Assembly (NCBI GenBank): GCA_964016885.1
Contig: OZ024746.1
Location: 91,884,001 to 91,948,000 of the forward strand
Direction of reading: 5' to 3'
DNA length: 64,000 nt
Origin: Eledone cirrhosa
Taxonomy: Eukaryota
Shown in pieces: positions 12,761-25,783 of this stretch. The notes under the pieces are model-generated. The model was not told where the DNA came from, did no database searches, and saw nothing but the letters and a program-made list of their open reading frames with translations. A program made the position numbers and the translations under genes. Every line of letters starts with the position of its first letter. Position 1 is the first letter of the stretch.

Positions 12761-12952
12761 CGACGGTGAGGAAATGTTCCCGGTTTTGGGTAAAATAAAA
12801 TACAGGAGGATCAGTTAATTATGATTTTATTCAACATATTCCCCTCTCAGATTCTCACATTTATTGCAGCGGTCCTTCAGAACTCGGAATGTCGGGTCTC
12901 CAGCCAGGTCTCTGACGCAGCAAGCAAGTCAGGAACTTTTAAACACCCCTCG
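12761..12952. mobile_element. mariner-like MITE remnant
   Basis: TA flanks and imperfect terminal inverted repeats cgacggtg..aaatgttcc / ggaactttt..acccctcg. Confidence 0.5.
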
Positions 12953-13685
12953 TATATATATGGCTAGAAGGAAAGTGTTTGTCTTTGAGAAGTAGGAAAT
13001 CTTTTGCAATCTTAGATTTTACATTGAGCGAAATAACAATGCGAGCTCTATGATATTATAACACTTCCTTTTCATTTGCGGGGTGAAGAGTGAGGTGTGT
13101 AGGTCATTTCACTTTGGTTCCACTAGTTCGTAAGGCTATATCTTAATAGCGGATATCTTTATTAGATAACAGGCTAGAGGTTCTTCTGCTAATGTTGTAG
13201 GTGTCCTACTTTACACAAGGTAACACAGTGACATGATCTTACATTAATGGAAGAGAATTTTTCATCTGATTTCTTGAAATGTTTGAGGAAGCTAGTTGTT
13301 AAATTTTAAACATCGCTCAAATTTACCTAGGAACCTTAATACATAGCCATTGGATAACTCCCGCAATATAGAAGCAATGGTTTATAAGGCGGTAATCACC
13401 TACATAGAACTGAGTCTAACGTTATATAGGCATGTCAAAAGGAAATATTAAACAAATATTGTACACCCCTTAAACAAACAGATGAAGTGTGCACTACAAC
13501 ATTGGTTGATGAAATTTGGAAATTAAACGAAAAAGCTAAGAACTACAGGAGAAAATCCTCAAAACATCCAGACCCTACCAAATTGAAAGTGAAAAAAATG
13601 AGCTGTTCACAGAAGGAACGCACTTTTATTAGCAACACCTCTGTTTAAACACCCAGCCATAGGCAGTTGATAAAATCAATAATTA

Positions 13686-13833
13686 CCGTATACACTCGAA
13701 TATTAGCTGGGGATTATATATGCCATCTAAATAATGTGTTGATAAGCTGCCCCAGCTTATAAATGAGGTCTGCATTTTTTCCCATTTCTAAGACATAAAA
13801 TAGGGGGTAGACTTATATTGGGAGTATATACTG
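13686..13833. mobile_element. pogo/Tigger-like MITE
   Basis: TA flanks; TIRs ccgtatacactcgaatattag / cttatattgggagtatatactg. Confidence 0.55.
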
Positions 13834-14742
13834 TACATAACTGACTGTGAAAAGCCACCTTCACCTGACTAGACTTACATCTGCACAAATATCGGATATT
13901 GCTTCATATTTTTCTCTTTCTTCCAAATGTTTTCCTATAATTCACAGACTTTATCCTTTTCTTTCTTAAGCCCCCCCCCCCTCCCTATCATTCTCTCCAC
14001 TGACAGTGGTAAATCTTATTTTATCCCATTTAACTCTTGTTTCCTATCAAGCCCAGACTATTACAACACTCAATAACGACTTCAATGTCACAACCAAGAG
14101 AAAATATCCAACACATTGTGGAGACACTTTTCTAAATCAGCAATTTTTGGGTAAAATATACCTTTATCAAGAATTCACACAGTGCGAGTCATTTTAGCCC
14201 TTTAAAAAACAAATACAGATGTATGTACGCCCCCCCCCCCCCCACCCCACCCCCCACACACACCCATTGTTATATTCAATTCTAATTGTTTATTTTTTCG
14301 TGTCTGGTGAAATGTTTTCGTCGCACCTTCTTGGTATTTCAGTAATGTATAAGAAACTGATTATATAGCTACGATCAATTTATATTTTTCATGTTTTGGA
14401 AGATATGTTGACTGTGGTAAAGATCAATAATTTTGTGTGGAATTCTTAAAAGATAGAACTCAGATATAATCATGTTATTGCCTGAAAGAGAATTTGGGGT
14501 CAAGAAGAATTGGTCGAGGATATTCGAATCAATCCTGTATCCTTTGATAATTGTAGATTGGCATTTCAGCATCTACCACCAGCATGTGTATATAGTTAAA
14601 TAAGGACTTTCGAACAAGATTTAATTTTCTCTACAAACTAGATAAGTTATTCTTGTTGTTGTTTAATCCCTGCTCAACTCTGATCAATCTGACCCATGAT
14701 CAAAGGCATTTCAGCTGAGACTTGACTGTCTTTTCAAGAGTA

Positions 14743-14839
<97 letters not shown>

Positions 14840-14845
14840 GTATGA

Positions 14846-15207
14846 GAGATATTTAATTTGTTGGAAATCCAACAAATATAGTTTTTTACAACTGATTCAA
14901 AGCACTCGACAGATTTCTGGAGTAAGTATTCAATTGATATTAAATAAATGGAAACTATATTTATAAAACCATATTTATTCTATTATATATATTTCAAGGG
15001 TACCAAAATGTTTGGTACACTATCATCAAATATCCAGGGATAACTTGAACCGTTAAGGTATATCATCCTTGGTCATGTCAAATATTTATAAAACATTTTG
15101 TATTTTATCTGATGATAGCGTACCAAAAATGTTGGTACCCTTGAAATATATATAATAGAATAAATATGGTTTTATAAATATAGTTTCCATTTATTTAATA
15201 TCAATTG
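14846..15207. mobile_element. fold-back HHR cassette, family A
   Basis: ~100-bp inverted arms 14931-15031 and 15106-15207; same family at 27503-27920 and 42300-42515; flanked by (CA)n/(TA)n. Confidence 0.85.
15101..15162 (+). ncRNA. type I hammerhead ribozyme motif (family A)
   Basis: tattttat-CTGATGA-tagcgtaccaa...ttggtaccctt-GAAA-tatata-TA-atagaata. Confidence 0.75.
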
Positions 15208-15618
15208 TATATATATATCAAAACATCAAATATGTTAGAATTTTGTGTTTCTCAATAAGCAAGCTCAATAGACTTTATCCAGAGGCATAATAACCAAATG
15301 GAGAAGATATATGTATATATAAACAGAAACAGCCATATATCGTATAAGAAATACAGTATATTGTATATATACCAAATACATATTTTATAGAAGAATATGT
15401 ACATAGGTGGAATCATAAAAGAAACCTTATAGCGCTATTTCTTACTCTCCAGGTATGAAATAGCGCTATAAGGTTTCTTATACAATATACCTGTTTGCTA
15501 GAGACTGTCACAACTCTAAAACAATAGCGTAAGGTCTTCGAGATGCTTTTAATTAAGGATACAGTGTATTGCAAAATACACTATATATACATCCATATAC
15601 ATATATGTTTTTCATTTG

Positions 15619-15671
<53 letters not shown>

Positions 15672-15694
15672 GTGTGTGTGTATGTCTGTATATA

Positions 15695-15777
<83 letters not shown>

Positions 15778-15781
<4 letters not shown>

Positions 15782-15968
15782 GTTTCTACTTTTGGCACAA
15801 GGCCAGCAATTACCCTAGTGTATTACTGGTACTTTATTTTATCGACCCCGTAAGGATGAAAGGCAAAGTTAACCTCGGCGGGATTTGAACTCAGAATGGC
15901 AAGGGCCGTAACTCTATGCGTCAAAGCATGGCATCCAACCCTCTACCGATACTGCTAATCCATCGCCC
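15778..15968 (-). mobile_element. tRNA-derived SINE inserted in (TA)n
   Basis: Near-consensus copy. Confidence 0.9.
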
Positions 15969-16371
15969 TTATATATATATATATTATATATATATAATAT
16001 ATATATATATATAATAATAGTTTGCCGAACTGAAGTGATCAGTTAAGAGTTATGACGTCATCGACCGATATCTGAATTCGCTCGTGATTGGCTAGTTTCT
16101 CTGTAAGGTCAGTTAGTACGATAGCAGTAGTAACACAATTTTCCTAGAATTCGAATAGCAGTCAGTTTCCACGAATTCAAGGGAGAATTTATTGCTTACT
16201 ACAGGTGGCGCTACAGTACAATATAAACAAAACACGACTAAAAACCGTTACTGTGAATTTTTTTTACCGTAAATAGAATTGATGGTAGTAATTACCCAAA
16301 ACCGTATCTCTGAATTTACCGGATAAAGAACTACCGTATATCGAGGACCCACTGTATATATATATATATAT

Positions 16372-17641
16372 ATATATGAATATAGACATAGAATATTCGA
16401 AAATATTCTGTATGTTTATAATAAACATTTTGAAGACCTAATCGCTATAGAATAGAATACGTCACGTATTACAATTAGATTCTCGATAAAAGCAAGGGAA
16501 GTAATCTACGCGTTTCATTCTCGTTAGAAATCATCAGGACTACATATCCAGTGCTTTTATCGAGAATGACACAGCTAGAGACTTATAGAATACTTAGCTG
16601 TGTACAGGAACTGGTTTGAAAGAGCGGTTGCCGGTCCGGCAGAAATTAGAAATTGGAATAAATGCTCTGAAATAGCGATATATATGTGAATATAGACATA
16701 GAATATTCGAAAATATTCTGTATGTTTATAATAAACATTTTGAAGACCTAATCGCTATAGAATAGAATACGTCACGTATTACAATTAGATTCTCGATAAA
16801 AGCAAGGGAAGTAATCTACGCGTTTCATTCTCGTTAGAAATCATCAGGACTACATATCCAGTGCTTTTATCGAGAATGACACAGCTAGAGACTTATAGAA
16901 TACTTAGCTGTGTACAGGAACTGGTTTGAAAGAGCGGTTGCCGGTCCGGCAGAAATTAGAAATTGGAATAAATGCTCTGAAATAGCGATATATATGTGAA
17001 TATAGACATAGAATATTCGAAAATATTCTGTATGTTTATAATAAACATTTTGAAGACCTAATCGCTATAGAATAGAATACGTCACGTATTACAATTAGAT
17101 TCTCGATAAAAGCAAGGGAAGTAATCTACGCGTTTCATTCTCGTTAGAAATCATCAGGACTACATATCCAGTGCTTTTATCGAGAATGACACAGCTAGAG
17201 ACTTATAGAATACTTAGCTGTGTACAGGAACTGGTTTGAAAGAGCGGTTGCCGGTCCGGCAGAAATTAGAAATTGGAATAAATGCTCTGAAATAGCGATA
17301 TATATGTGAATATAGACATAGAATATTCGAAAATATTCTGTATGTTTATAATAAACATTTTGAAGACCTAATCGCTATAGAATAGAATACGTCACGTATT
17401 ACAATTAGATTCTCGATAAAAGCAAGGGAAGTAATCTACGCGTTTCATTCTTGTTAGAAATCATCAGGACTACATATCCAGTGCTTTTATCGAGAATGAC
17501 ACAGCTAGAGACTTATAGAATACTTAGCTGTGTACAGGAACTGGTTTGAAAGAGCGGTTGCCGGTCCGGCAGAAATTAGAAATTGGAATAAATGCTCTGA
17601 AATAGCGATATATATGTGAATATAGACATAGAATATTCGAA
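16372..17641 (-). mobile_element. 4 x 310-bp tandem array, one hammerhead per unit (retrozyme-like or PLE pLTR array)
   Basis: atatagacatagaatattcg recurs at 16380, 16690, 17000, 17310 and 17620; units essentially identical; (TA)n on both sides. Confidence 0.9.
16501..16543 (-). ncRNA. type I hammerhead ribozyme (repeated at 16811-16853, 17121-17163, 17431-17473)
   Basis: Minus strand gtagtc-CTGATGA-t ttct aacg agaa t-GAAA-cgcg-TA-gattac; GUA cleavage triplet; palindromic stem III acgcgt. Confidence 0.8.
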
Positions 17642-17714
17642 TATATATATATATATATATGAAAAGATTCAGGACCACAACGGTTGAGCTCCGGCCGTTT
17701 CGACCTTTTTTCCC

Positions 17715-19790
17715 ATATCAGTGCAGTTCGTTCTTTGAAACGGATATGCTTCACTAATTAGGGTTTTATTGAAATACCTGGTCTTTCAACTATCTTAATA
17801 TAAGCTAGTTCGCCTCTATGGGCTGTATTGACGAACGTTACACTTTGGTATTTATTGCTGTCATACCATGAGTTGATTTTATTAGTATTCTTAATCCTTT
17901 CTATTCTTTTCCAAAATTTGCTCCTATACATGGGGCAAGTCCCATTCGCATCATTTTCTACAATCTTTGTCCATTTGATCCTGGCTCCTTTATATACCCT
18001 GATCTTGTCTCTCTGATTGTAGTCAGAGAACTGCATGTGGTGCATGAAGTGTTGTGTCTCTCTAATACTTTGGGGTTGCACATGCAGGACACGTTCCTCA
18101 TCATTCTAACTAAGTCCGCAATCAATATATTGATTTTCAAGTTCTCCTAAACAGCTGAGTTTCGGTGGATCAGGTATTTGGAGGTCATTGTTTTGGCATA
18201 ATGTGAATGGAGGATTTGCGTTCTATTACTAATAGTTTCCGACCAGAGTTCTGTGTATAGTACAGGTAATCTATGGTTGGGGTGTTTATTTGGGTAGTCT
18301 ATAGTAACTTTACTTCTCTGGTGGATGGAGTTAGCTATTTGCTGGATGCTTTCCATGGTGTTCGTCTCTAATTCCTGACTGTTCTCCTGTGGGGGTCTTT
18401 TACTACGATGTTTGTGTTATCTACGTCGCGGGAGTACATAGTCAGGGTTATAAAATTCTCATCTAATTGTTCCTTAAGTTTTCTGTCCCACCACACCATA
18501 AAGAGGTTAGCTATGTCACCCGCAATGCTGACATTTTGGACATATGTTTTGCCATTAAATTTAAGCATATGTTCCTTAAGGGTTAGTTTTATACTGGCCC
18601 CCACTGCATGTGCGATCATTGTCTTTACTTCATCATGGTTTTGGGGGGTCTGTATGGCTTTGGTCCACCCGCTCCATCTTTCTGTGTGGGTCTTCTTGGC
18701 TATTGAGGTAATGGTAGGTGATGTTTCTCTCTGGCTTTGTGGGACAGAAGCTGCTGAGGTCATGTGTATCTAAATAATCCTTATCCTGTGTAAATCTAAG
18801 TAGGAGTCCCAGCTCACTGGTATCAAGGAGTTTAAGTAGGAGTCCAGCTCACTGGTATCAATCCCACGGAATTTCACATCCCTCACGTCGATCATTTCTA
18901 TGTATTTTTCCACAGCAAAATCAATGTCGATAGATGGGTATAGGGACACCACATCCATGCTACCTATTGTACAGCCTGTTAGGTCCCCAGATAAGTTGCA
19001 TTCGTTGATTCTGCTGAGGAGGTCCTCCGTGCTGTCGCATATATCTGGGGTCATTTCGATGATAGGGTGTATGATCAGGGAGAGGAAGTAGGAGTGTCTG
19101 TAGTTGCTAGCAACGTTAGCTCCACAGACTGGCCGTGATGGTGGTCATCTGAATGGGTCACTATTTGTTTTATGGTCTTTGTGAAGCCCATACAGCGTTG
19201 GTACGTCATTATTCCATACCTGGAAGTTGTTGGCAGTCCATTTATTAGGCTGCATTATGTTAGTCCACATCACCATATGAGGATTGGGTTTTTTTCCCTT
19301 TCCTCATGCTCTTGTGGTGTTACTTCTCTTGTGTTGATGATGTGGGGTTGCATTGCCTGGATGTAGTTTGGCAGGCTGTCTACTGACATTCTGTCAGACT
19401 TGTCTGTTGGAAAACATACAATCTCCCCATTTCGCGAGCGCTGTATAGGCTTACGCAAGCCATTTGAGACCCCCCCCCCCAAGTTCTTGGGCCTCCATTC
19501 TATTCTGTTTCCTACTATGTTGTCCTAGAATCTTTCTAAGTTTAGCCCTAACTATTGTGAGTTGTTCCTCCGTCTGGTCATCAGCTTCTAATTGTAGGCA
19601 AGAGCGTTTGTTAAATGATAGCGTCGTAGGATTAGTGCGTCGCATGTCGAAGGACTTATCAGCTGGGTTATAGAAGATGGAACTCCATGGTGTATTGCTT
19701 AGTATTGTTAGTATCAATAGGTACCACGACCCTATTGTGTAATAGGTCGTGCTCCACTTTCTCCCGTAGTCCATCGACTTTAAAACCTCA
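17715..19790 (-). pseudogene. decayed Penelope-like element reverse transcriptase ORF, truncated before the endonuclease
   Basis: Frameshifted pieces PTDKSDRMSV, LYGLHKDHK..RPVCGA, IGSMDVVSLYPSID, IANLFMVWWD, YSRDVDNT (from RYVDD), DYPNKHPNHRLPVL, HYAKTMTSKYLIHRNSA, KIVERPGISIK. Confidence 0.8.
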
Positions 19791-20092
19791 AACTATCCAA
19801 TTAGATGACGTGATGCCACGCATCGGGAAGCCTAGCTCTCATAACATAGCATGAAAAAAATAATGATCAAGGAAATACTCAATCTATTAGAGAAATAAGC
19901 GAAATGAATCCAAGATGAAAAATCTGAAGATGATATCAGAAATTACGGTAACAAAATTTGACGCCAAAAGTATAAACCTCAGAGTCGTTATTTACAAATA
20001 TGAGACGAGCATATTGAGAATCCTATCTGACAAATATATGCAGCAGAAAACTATATTTGTAGCTATATTAGGATGGTTCTCTTAAACATAAA

Positions 20093-20283
20093 GGGCGGTG
20101 GATTGGTAGTATCAGCAGAAGGTCGGACACAATGCTTTGCAGCATAGAGTTACGCCTCTTTACGGTCTGAGTTCAAATCCTACCGAGGTTAACTTTGCCT
20201 TTCATCCTTACGGGGTCGATAAAATAAAGTACCAGTAATACACTGAGTAATTGCTGGCCTTGTGCCAAAAGTAGAAACAATTA
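20093..20283 (+). mobile_element. tRNA-derived SINE
   Basis: Near-consensus copy with A and B boxes. Confidence 0.9.
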
Positions 20284-20439
20284 TTTACAAATATATATAG
20301 ACACAAATGCAAAACAATAAAGATCATATATATATATTCGATCGACTTTCGTCAAATCGGACCGAGGAAACAATGTTTCCATTGGTCTTTCCAATTGCTA
20401 ATACTATCTATCGGTCGCAACTCCAGGTAGAAGGAGCAA

Positions 20440-20550
20440 TGTAAAATAAAGTGTCTTGCTCAAGGACATAACGCATTGCTCGGTCCGTATATCGAACTCA
20501 CAACCTTATGATTGTGAATCCAATTCTCTAACCACTCAGCCACGCACCTT
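20440..20550 (-). mobile_element. second tRNA-derived SINE family (5' part)
   Basis: Minus strand tggctgagtggttag...gagttcgatat followed by gtccttgagcaagacacttt (CORE-domain-like). Confidence 0.65.
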
Positions 20551-20551
20551 C

Positions 20552-20582
<31 letters not shown>

Positions 20583-20879
20583 TACACAGACACAGACACA
20601 GACACACACGCACCTAGTGTGTCGCGAAATTAAGTAAAATCTGATCGAGTTTTACGAATATTTGGGGTTGTGAAGAATATTTTAGATCGATAATTAGAGA
20701 CGTCTTTGGTGAAACATAACATGACATTTCATTGTGTGTGTATTAACTTCGTTAATTTAGAGTTTATTAGAACTATAAGTTATTACAGTGAACACCATAA
20801 AATATTCTTGTTCGACTGATTGAACATGGTTTAGTGACGAATTTGTTTGGGAAATAAAAGGGTATTATTTAGCAGACGA

Positions 20880-21104
<225 letters not shown>

Positions 21105-21790
21105 CATGGAGGAAGAGTCCTAAAAAACTCCTTCCAACCAGTCCTGTTAGAAGAACCATCTCCAACTGGGTCTCCTCCCAGTTGGTTTTGCTCGTAAAAT
21201 CTGTCCAGCGATTGTTTCCTAGGACATTCTAACTACATGTTGTAGTCTCTCAATTTGAAGAAATAGCAGCTCTACCTGGAGTGACTCTCTGATCTCCAAG
21301 CTACGCACTATATCAAGTAACGTTACTCCAAAGACCAGGAGAAGTATCAGCTCTACCTGGAGTGACTCTCTGATCTCCAAGCTACGCACTATATCAAGTA
21401 ACGTTACTCCAAAGACCAGGAGAAGTATCAGCTCTACCTGGAGTGACTCTCTGATCTCCAAGCTACGCACTATATCAAGTAACGTTACTCCAAAGACCAG
21501 GAGAAGTATCAGCTCTACCTGGAGTGACTCTCTGATCTCCAAGCTACCCACTCTATCAAGTAACGTTACTCCAAAGACCAGGAGAAGTATCAGCTCTACC
21601 TGGAGTGACTCTCTGATCTCCAAGCTACGCACCATATCGAGTAACATTACTCCAAAGACCCTTCGGAGGAACCCCATTTCGGCCGCTTGTATTCGCGATC
21701 GTATTATTTCGGTCATTACCGAAGATTCATGACCATAGGTAAGAGTTGGCACGAATATCGAATTGAAGATGCAATGGGAGGAAAACATAT
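21105..21790 (-). pseudogene. RTE-like LINE 3' fragment with internal 81-bp x5 tandem amplification
   Basis: SIFVPTLTYGHES...RIQAAEMGFLRR motif; unit cagctctacctggagtgactc... at 21267, 21348, 21429, 21510 and 21591. Confidence 0.8.
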
Positions 21791-22034
21791 TTTAACATCG
21801 GTTGATAAAATCTGTGCAATGTGAGACGAAATAGTGATCGAGCAAAGAGTAGTGAAGGTTGGACATTTTCAATATTTTCCCGAAACCGCTAAAATACGAT
21901 ATTGGTTCTATATTTACTTTGAGAGAAAATATATTGATACATGACAAATACATTGATATATGACAAATATATAAATACATTGATATATGACAAATATATA
22001 AATACATTGATATATGACAAATATATAAATATAT

Positions 22035-22524
22035 AATAAATGTAATCTGAGTTTTTCGAATATTAATAATAACATTCGATTCGTTTGCAATTATGCAAAC
22101 AAGCCTCAATTTTATAGCCATGTCAGTAGAATGAAAACTTCATTCTTGCTCTTGTGTTGGCATGTGAACAGAACTGCAGACACTAATGTTTCTGGGTATT
22201 ACCCTTCATCAGTATAGCTCACTTCACCAGTCACTGTCAGCCAGTCTGCTGACATGCAAATCAGGCCGATCAGTCAGTGTGTATTTTTAAAAATAGCATA
22301 TATTTTCACTAGCTCTGACAGTTTGGCAGGTGAACAGTGAGCTGTACTGATGAAGGGTGATACCCAGAAACATTAGTGTCTGCAGTTCTGTTCGCATGTC
22401 AACACAAGAGCAATAATGAAGTGTTCATTCTACTGACATGGCTATAAAATTGAGGCTTGTTTGCATAATTGCAAACGAATCGAATGTTATTATTAATATT
22501 CGAAAAACTCAGATTACATTTATT
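22035..22524. mobile_element. ~490-bp fold-back cassette with two divergent hammerheads
   Basis: ~200-bp inverted arms; HHR on minus at 22171-22220 and on plus at 22339-22388. Confidence 0.85.
22339..22388 (+). ncRNA. type I hammerhead ribozyme motif with GUC cleavage site
   Basis: gagctgta-CTGATGA-a gggt gat accc a-GAAA-ca ttag tg-TC-tgcagttc; 8-bp stem I; predicted cut after 22380. Confidence 0.85.
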
Positions 22525-24054
22525 GTATTCAGCCATGTAGAGCGAAATTTTCTTTTTTATATAAATATATATATATATTTGACAAATATATAATTATATT
22601 GATATATGACAAATATATAAATATATGACAAATATATAAATATATGATATATGACAAATATATAAATATATAGATATATGACAAATATATAATTATATTG
22701 ATATATGACAAATATATAAATATATAGATACATGACAAATATATAAATATATGACAAATATATAAATATATTGATATATGACAAATATATAAATATATTG
22801 ATATATGACAAATATATAAATATATGACAAATATATAAATATATTGATATATGACAATATATATAAATATATGATATAGGCCAAATATATAAATATATAG
22901 ATATATGATAAATATATAATTATATTGATATATGACAAATATATAAATATATGATATATGACAAATATATAATTATATGACAAATATATAAATATATAGA
23001 TATATGACAAATATATAGATACATGACAAATATATAAATATATGACAAATATATAAATATATAGATACATGACAAATATATAGATATATAGATATATGAC
23101 AAATATATAAATATATAAATATATTGATATATTGACAAATATATAAATATATGACAAATAAATAAATATATTGATATATAACAAATATATAAATATATTG
23201 ATATATGACAAATATATAAATATATGACAAATAAATAAATATATAGATATATGACAAATACATAAATATATAGATACATGACAAATACATAAATGTATGA
23301 CAAATATATAAATATATGACAAATATATAAATATATGACAAATATATAAATATATAGATACATGACAAATATATAAATATATAGATATATTGATGCATGA
23401 CAAATATATACATATATGACAAATATATAAATATATTGATATATGACAATATATATAAATATATAGAGATATGACAATACATATAAATATATTGATATAT
23501 GACAAATATATAAATATATTGATATATGACAAATATATAAATATATGACAAATATATAAATATATAGATACATGACAAATATATAAATATATAAATATAT
23601 TGATGCATGACAAATATATAAATATATGACAAATATATAAATATATAGATACATGACAAATATATAAATATATGACAAATATATAAATATATCACAAATA
23701 TAAAAATACAAGAATAGGATTATATGAGAAATTCATTTGTTTTCGCGACAACGAAGAGATTTTCACTGGAGAAGAATTAACTGAAAGAAACGCCGGAACC
23801 TCTGTATGATTCATAAAAAGAGAGAATTAACAAGTTTCTGGGTTTCCGTTTAAGAGAAGCATCGTAATATAGCTACAAAGGTAGTTTTTCTGCTGCATAT
23901 ATTTGTAAGATAGGATTCTAAATGTGCTGAAAGATGCTGAGATACAGGAGTTTAAAAATGAGGGTATTTATGTGGAAAATCTCAAATATTTAGGAATTGT
24001 GTCCATATAAAGCTCAAATATTTCACTGAATTATCGAATGTACATTTTGTATAA

Positions 24055-24250
24055 TGAGGGTCGACTGAAAGTTGATAGGCTGACCAAGATACCCTCATGG
24101 AATGAGCAAATGAGGTTTATTTTTCAACATAGTCCCTGAAAAGAAACAATGCAGTTATTAATAAGAAAAGTTGAAATAAATGCATGCAAGATTTCACAAC
24201 TCTAGCATCACTCTTTCGAGGTCAGCCTATGAAATTTTCAGCCGGCCCTC
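24055..24250. mobile_element. mariner-like MITE (~200 bp)
   Basis: TIRs gagggtcgactgaaagttgataggctgacc / ggtcagcctatgaaattttcagccggccctc; second copy in opposite orientation at 50221-50419. Confidence 0.8.
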
Positions 24251-24804
24251 TTATATATTTGGTTTCGTTAACAAACTTTAATGTGTCACAAATTTACTTT
24301 TATAACGTGTAATTAATGAGAAAGGTTTGAAAAGCTCTGGTATATATAGAGAACTACAATACCTTATGCGTTCTTATGAATGAGGGTAGAATGTGATATG
24401 AGGCATATTTGGATTTCGTTTCTAGGAACCCAAACCTAATTTTAAAATTTAGATTTTATTTCGTTTTGATGAGAGATAATATATTTCATTTTAATGCTGG
24501 CTAAACTAGGATTATGTTTTATGTTAGCGATCTTGTGATTAAACGTTTATATACATAACTCAATAAGATCGACACCAATCCCTTGCCCCACCAGGACCAT
24601 CGCAGCTGATCAAGCTGAGGCTGCAAAATCTCAACAAAACACCAATACCTTGCATCACTTGTAACAGGTCGTAACAAATGTTTTCTACCAAATGACAACA
24701 ACTACTACTACAATCTATCTAAACAGGGAGCTCTGTAGCAACTACTACATCATAATAGTTATGCATGAGAATTACTACTTTCTCGAGTATATATGTCTTC
24801 TCGA

Positions 24805-24955
24805 GTGACGAACTGGCAGAGTCGTTACAACTTCGGATAGAATGTTTTGTGATATTCTAGCTGTCTGCTCCATCAATTGGAATCCAGTCGAGGTCAACAT
24901 TGCCTTTTATCCTTTCGAGGTCGATAAATAAAGTACCAATCCAGTACTGGGGTCA
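24805..24955 (+). mobile_element. diverged tRNA-derived SINE
   Basis: Core ttgccttttatcctttcgaggtcgataaataaagtacc. Confidence 0.7.
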
Positions 24956-25734
24956 AGTTTTCCTCTATATCTCTCTCTCACTTTCTATCCTTCTCTGGAG
25001 AGGAGATGGGTTCCACCAGGATTAAAATGTCCTAGAGACACCACATGTCACTATGGTGCCTCCACCGGGAGTTACGGCACCATGTACTCTATATTAACAT
25101 CATTACACGACTATTAACTTATGGAACTTCAGAAAGCTACATTGAAAACCACTTCAATAGAAAGAATAAAGACTTCCACAATCCGAAAGTACAAATATCT
25201 ATTTCTGCTCTCATCTTCGACAATAAAGCCTCTTAGATCCACGTCTCAACTCACACATCCAACATAATGGCTCGTAAGGAAACAAAATGTGTTATCACAC
25301 AGAGAGACAGAGAGAGAGAGAGAGTGAGAGACAGATAGAGTGAGAGAGAGAGAGAAACACTACTATTACCTTTTAGTTATATGTCCTATTCTTGTAGTAA
25401 TGTACTTCAATCAATACAAAATATAGGCACTACAGAGAGAATAACTTCTATTATTAACTGAATTGTATTGAGTTAATCTTGGATTTTCTGATAATTTTCA
25501 ACTGAAGAAGGGAATTTAAGTCCCGAAATATTAGGACAAAAGAAACAACAGCAACAAATAAGATTACCAGGTAACTAAATGTTTTGTTACCGTCCTCTTA
25601 TTGTCTATTTTGTATTGTTTAGCTTTATATGACTTCCCACATTACATAATATTATATATGTGCCTTTCATCCTTACGGGGTCGTTAAAATAAAGTACCAG
25701 TAATATTTCCTGGCCTTGTGCCAAAAGTAGAAAC

Positions 25735-25769
<35 letters not shown>

Positions 25770-25783
<14 letters not shown>

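Larger units (their letters stand above)
21930..23700. repeat. AT-rich atatgacaaatatataaat minisatellite interrupted by a fold-back cassette
   Basis: Same degenerate unit at 21930-22035 and 22560-23700. Confidence 0.9.

Noticed and set aside
22529-23711. Long Ile/Tyr-rich ORFs (up to 306 aa)
   Set aside because: Stop-free frames of an AT-rich minisatellite
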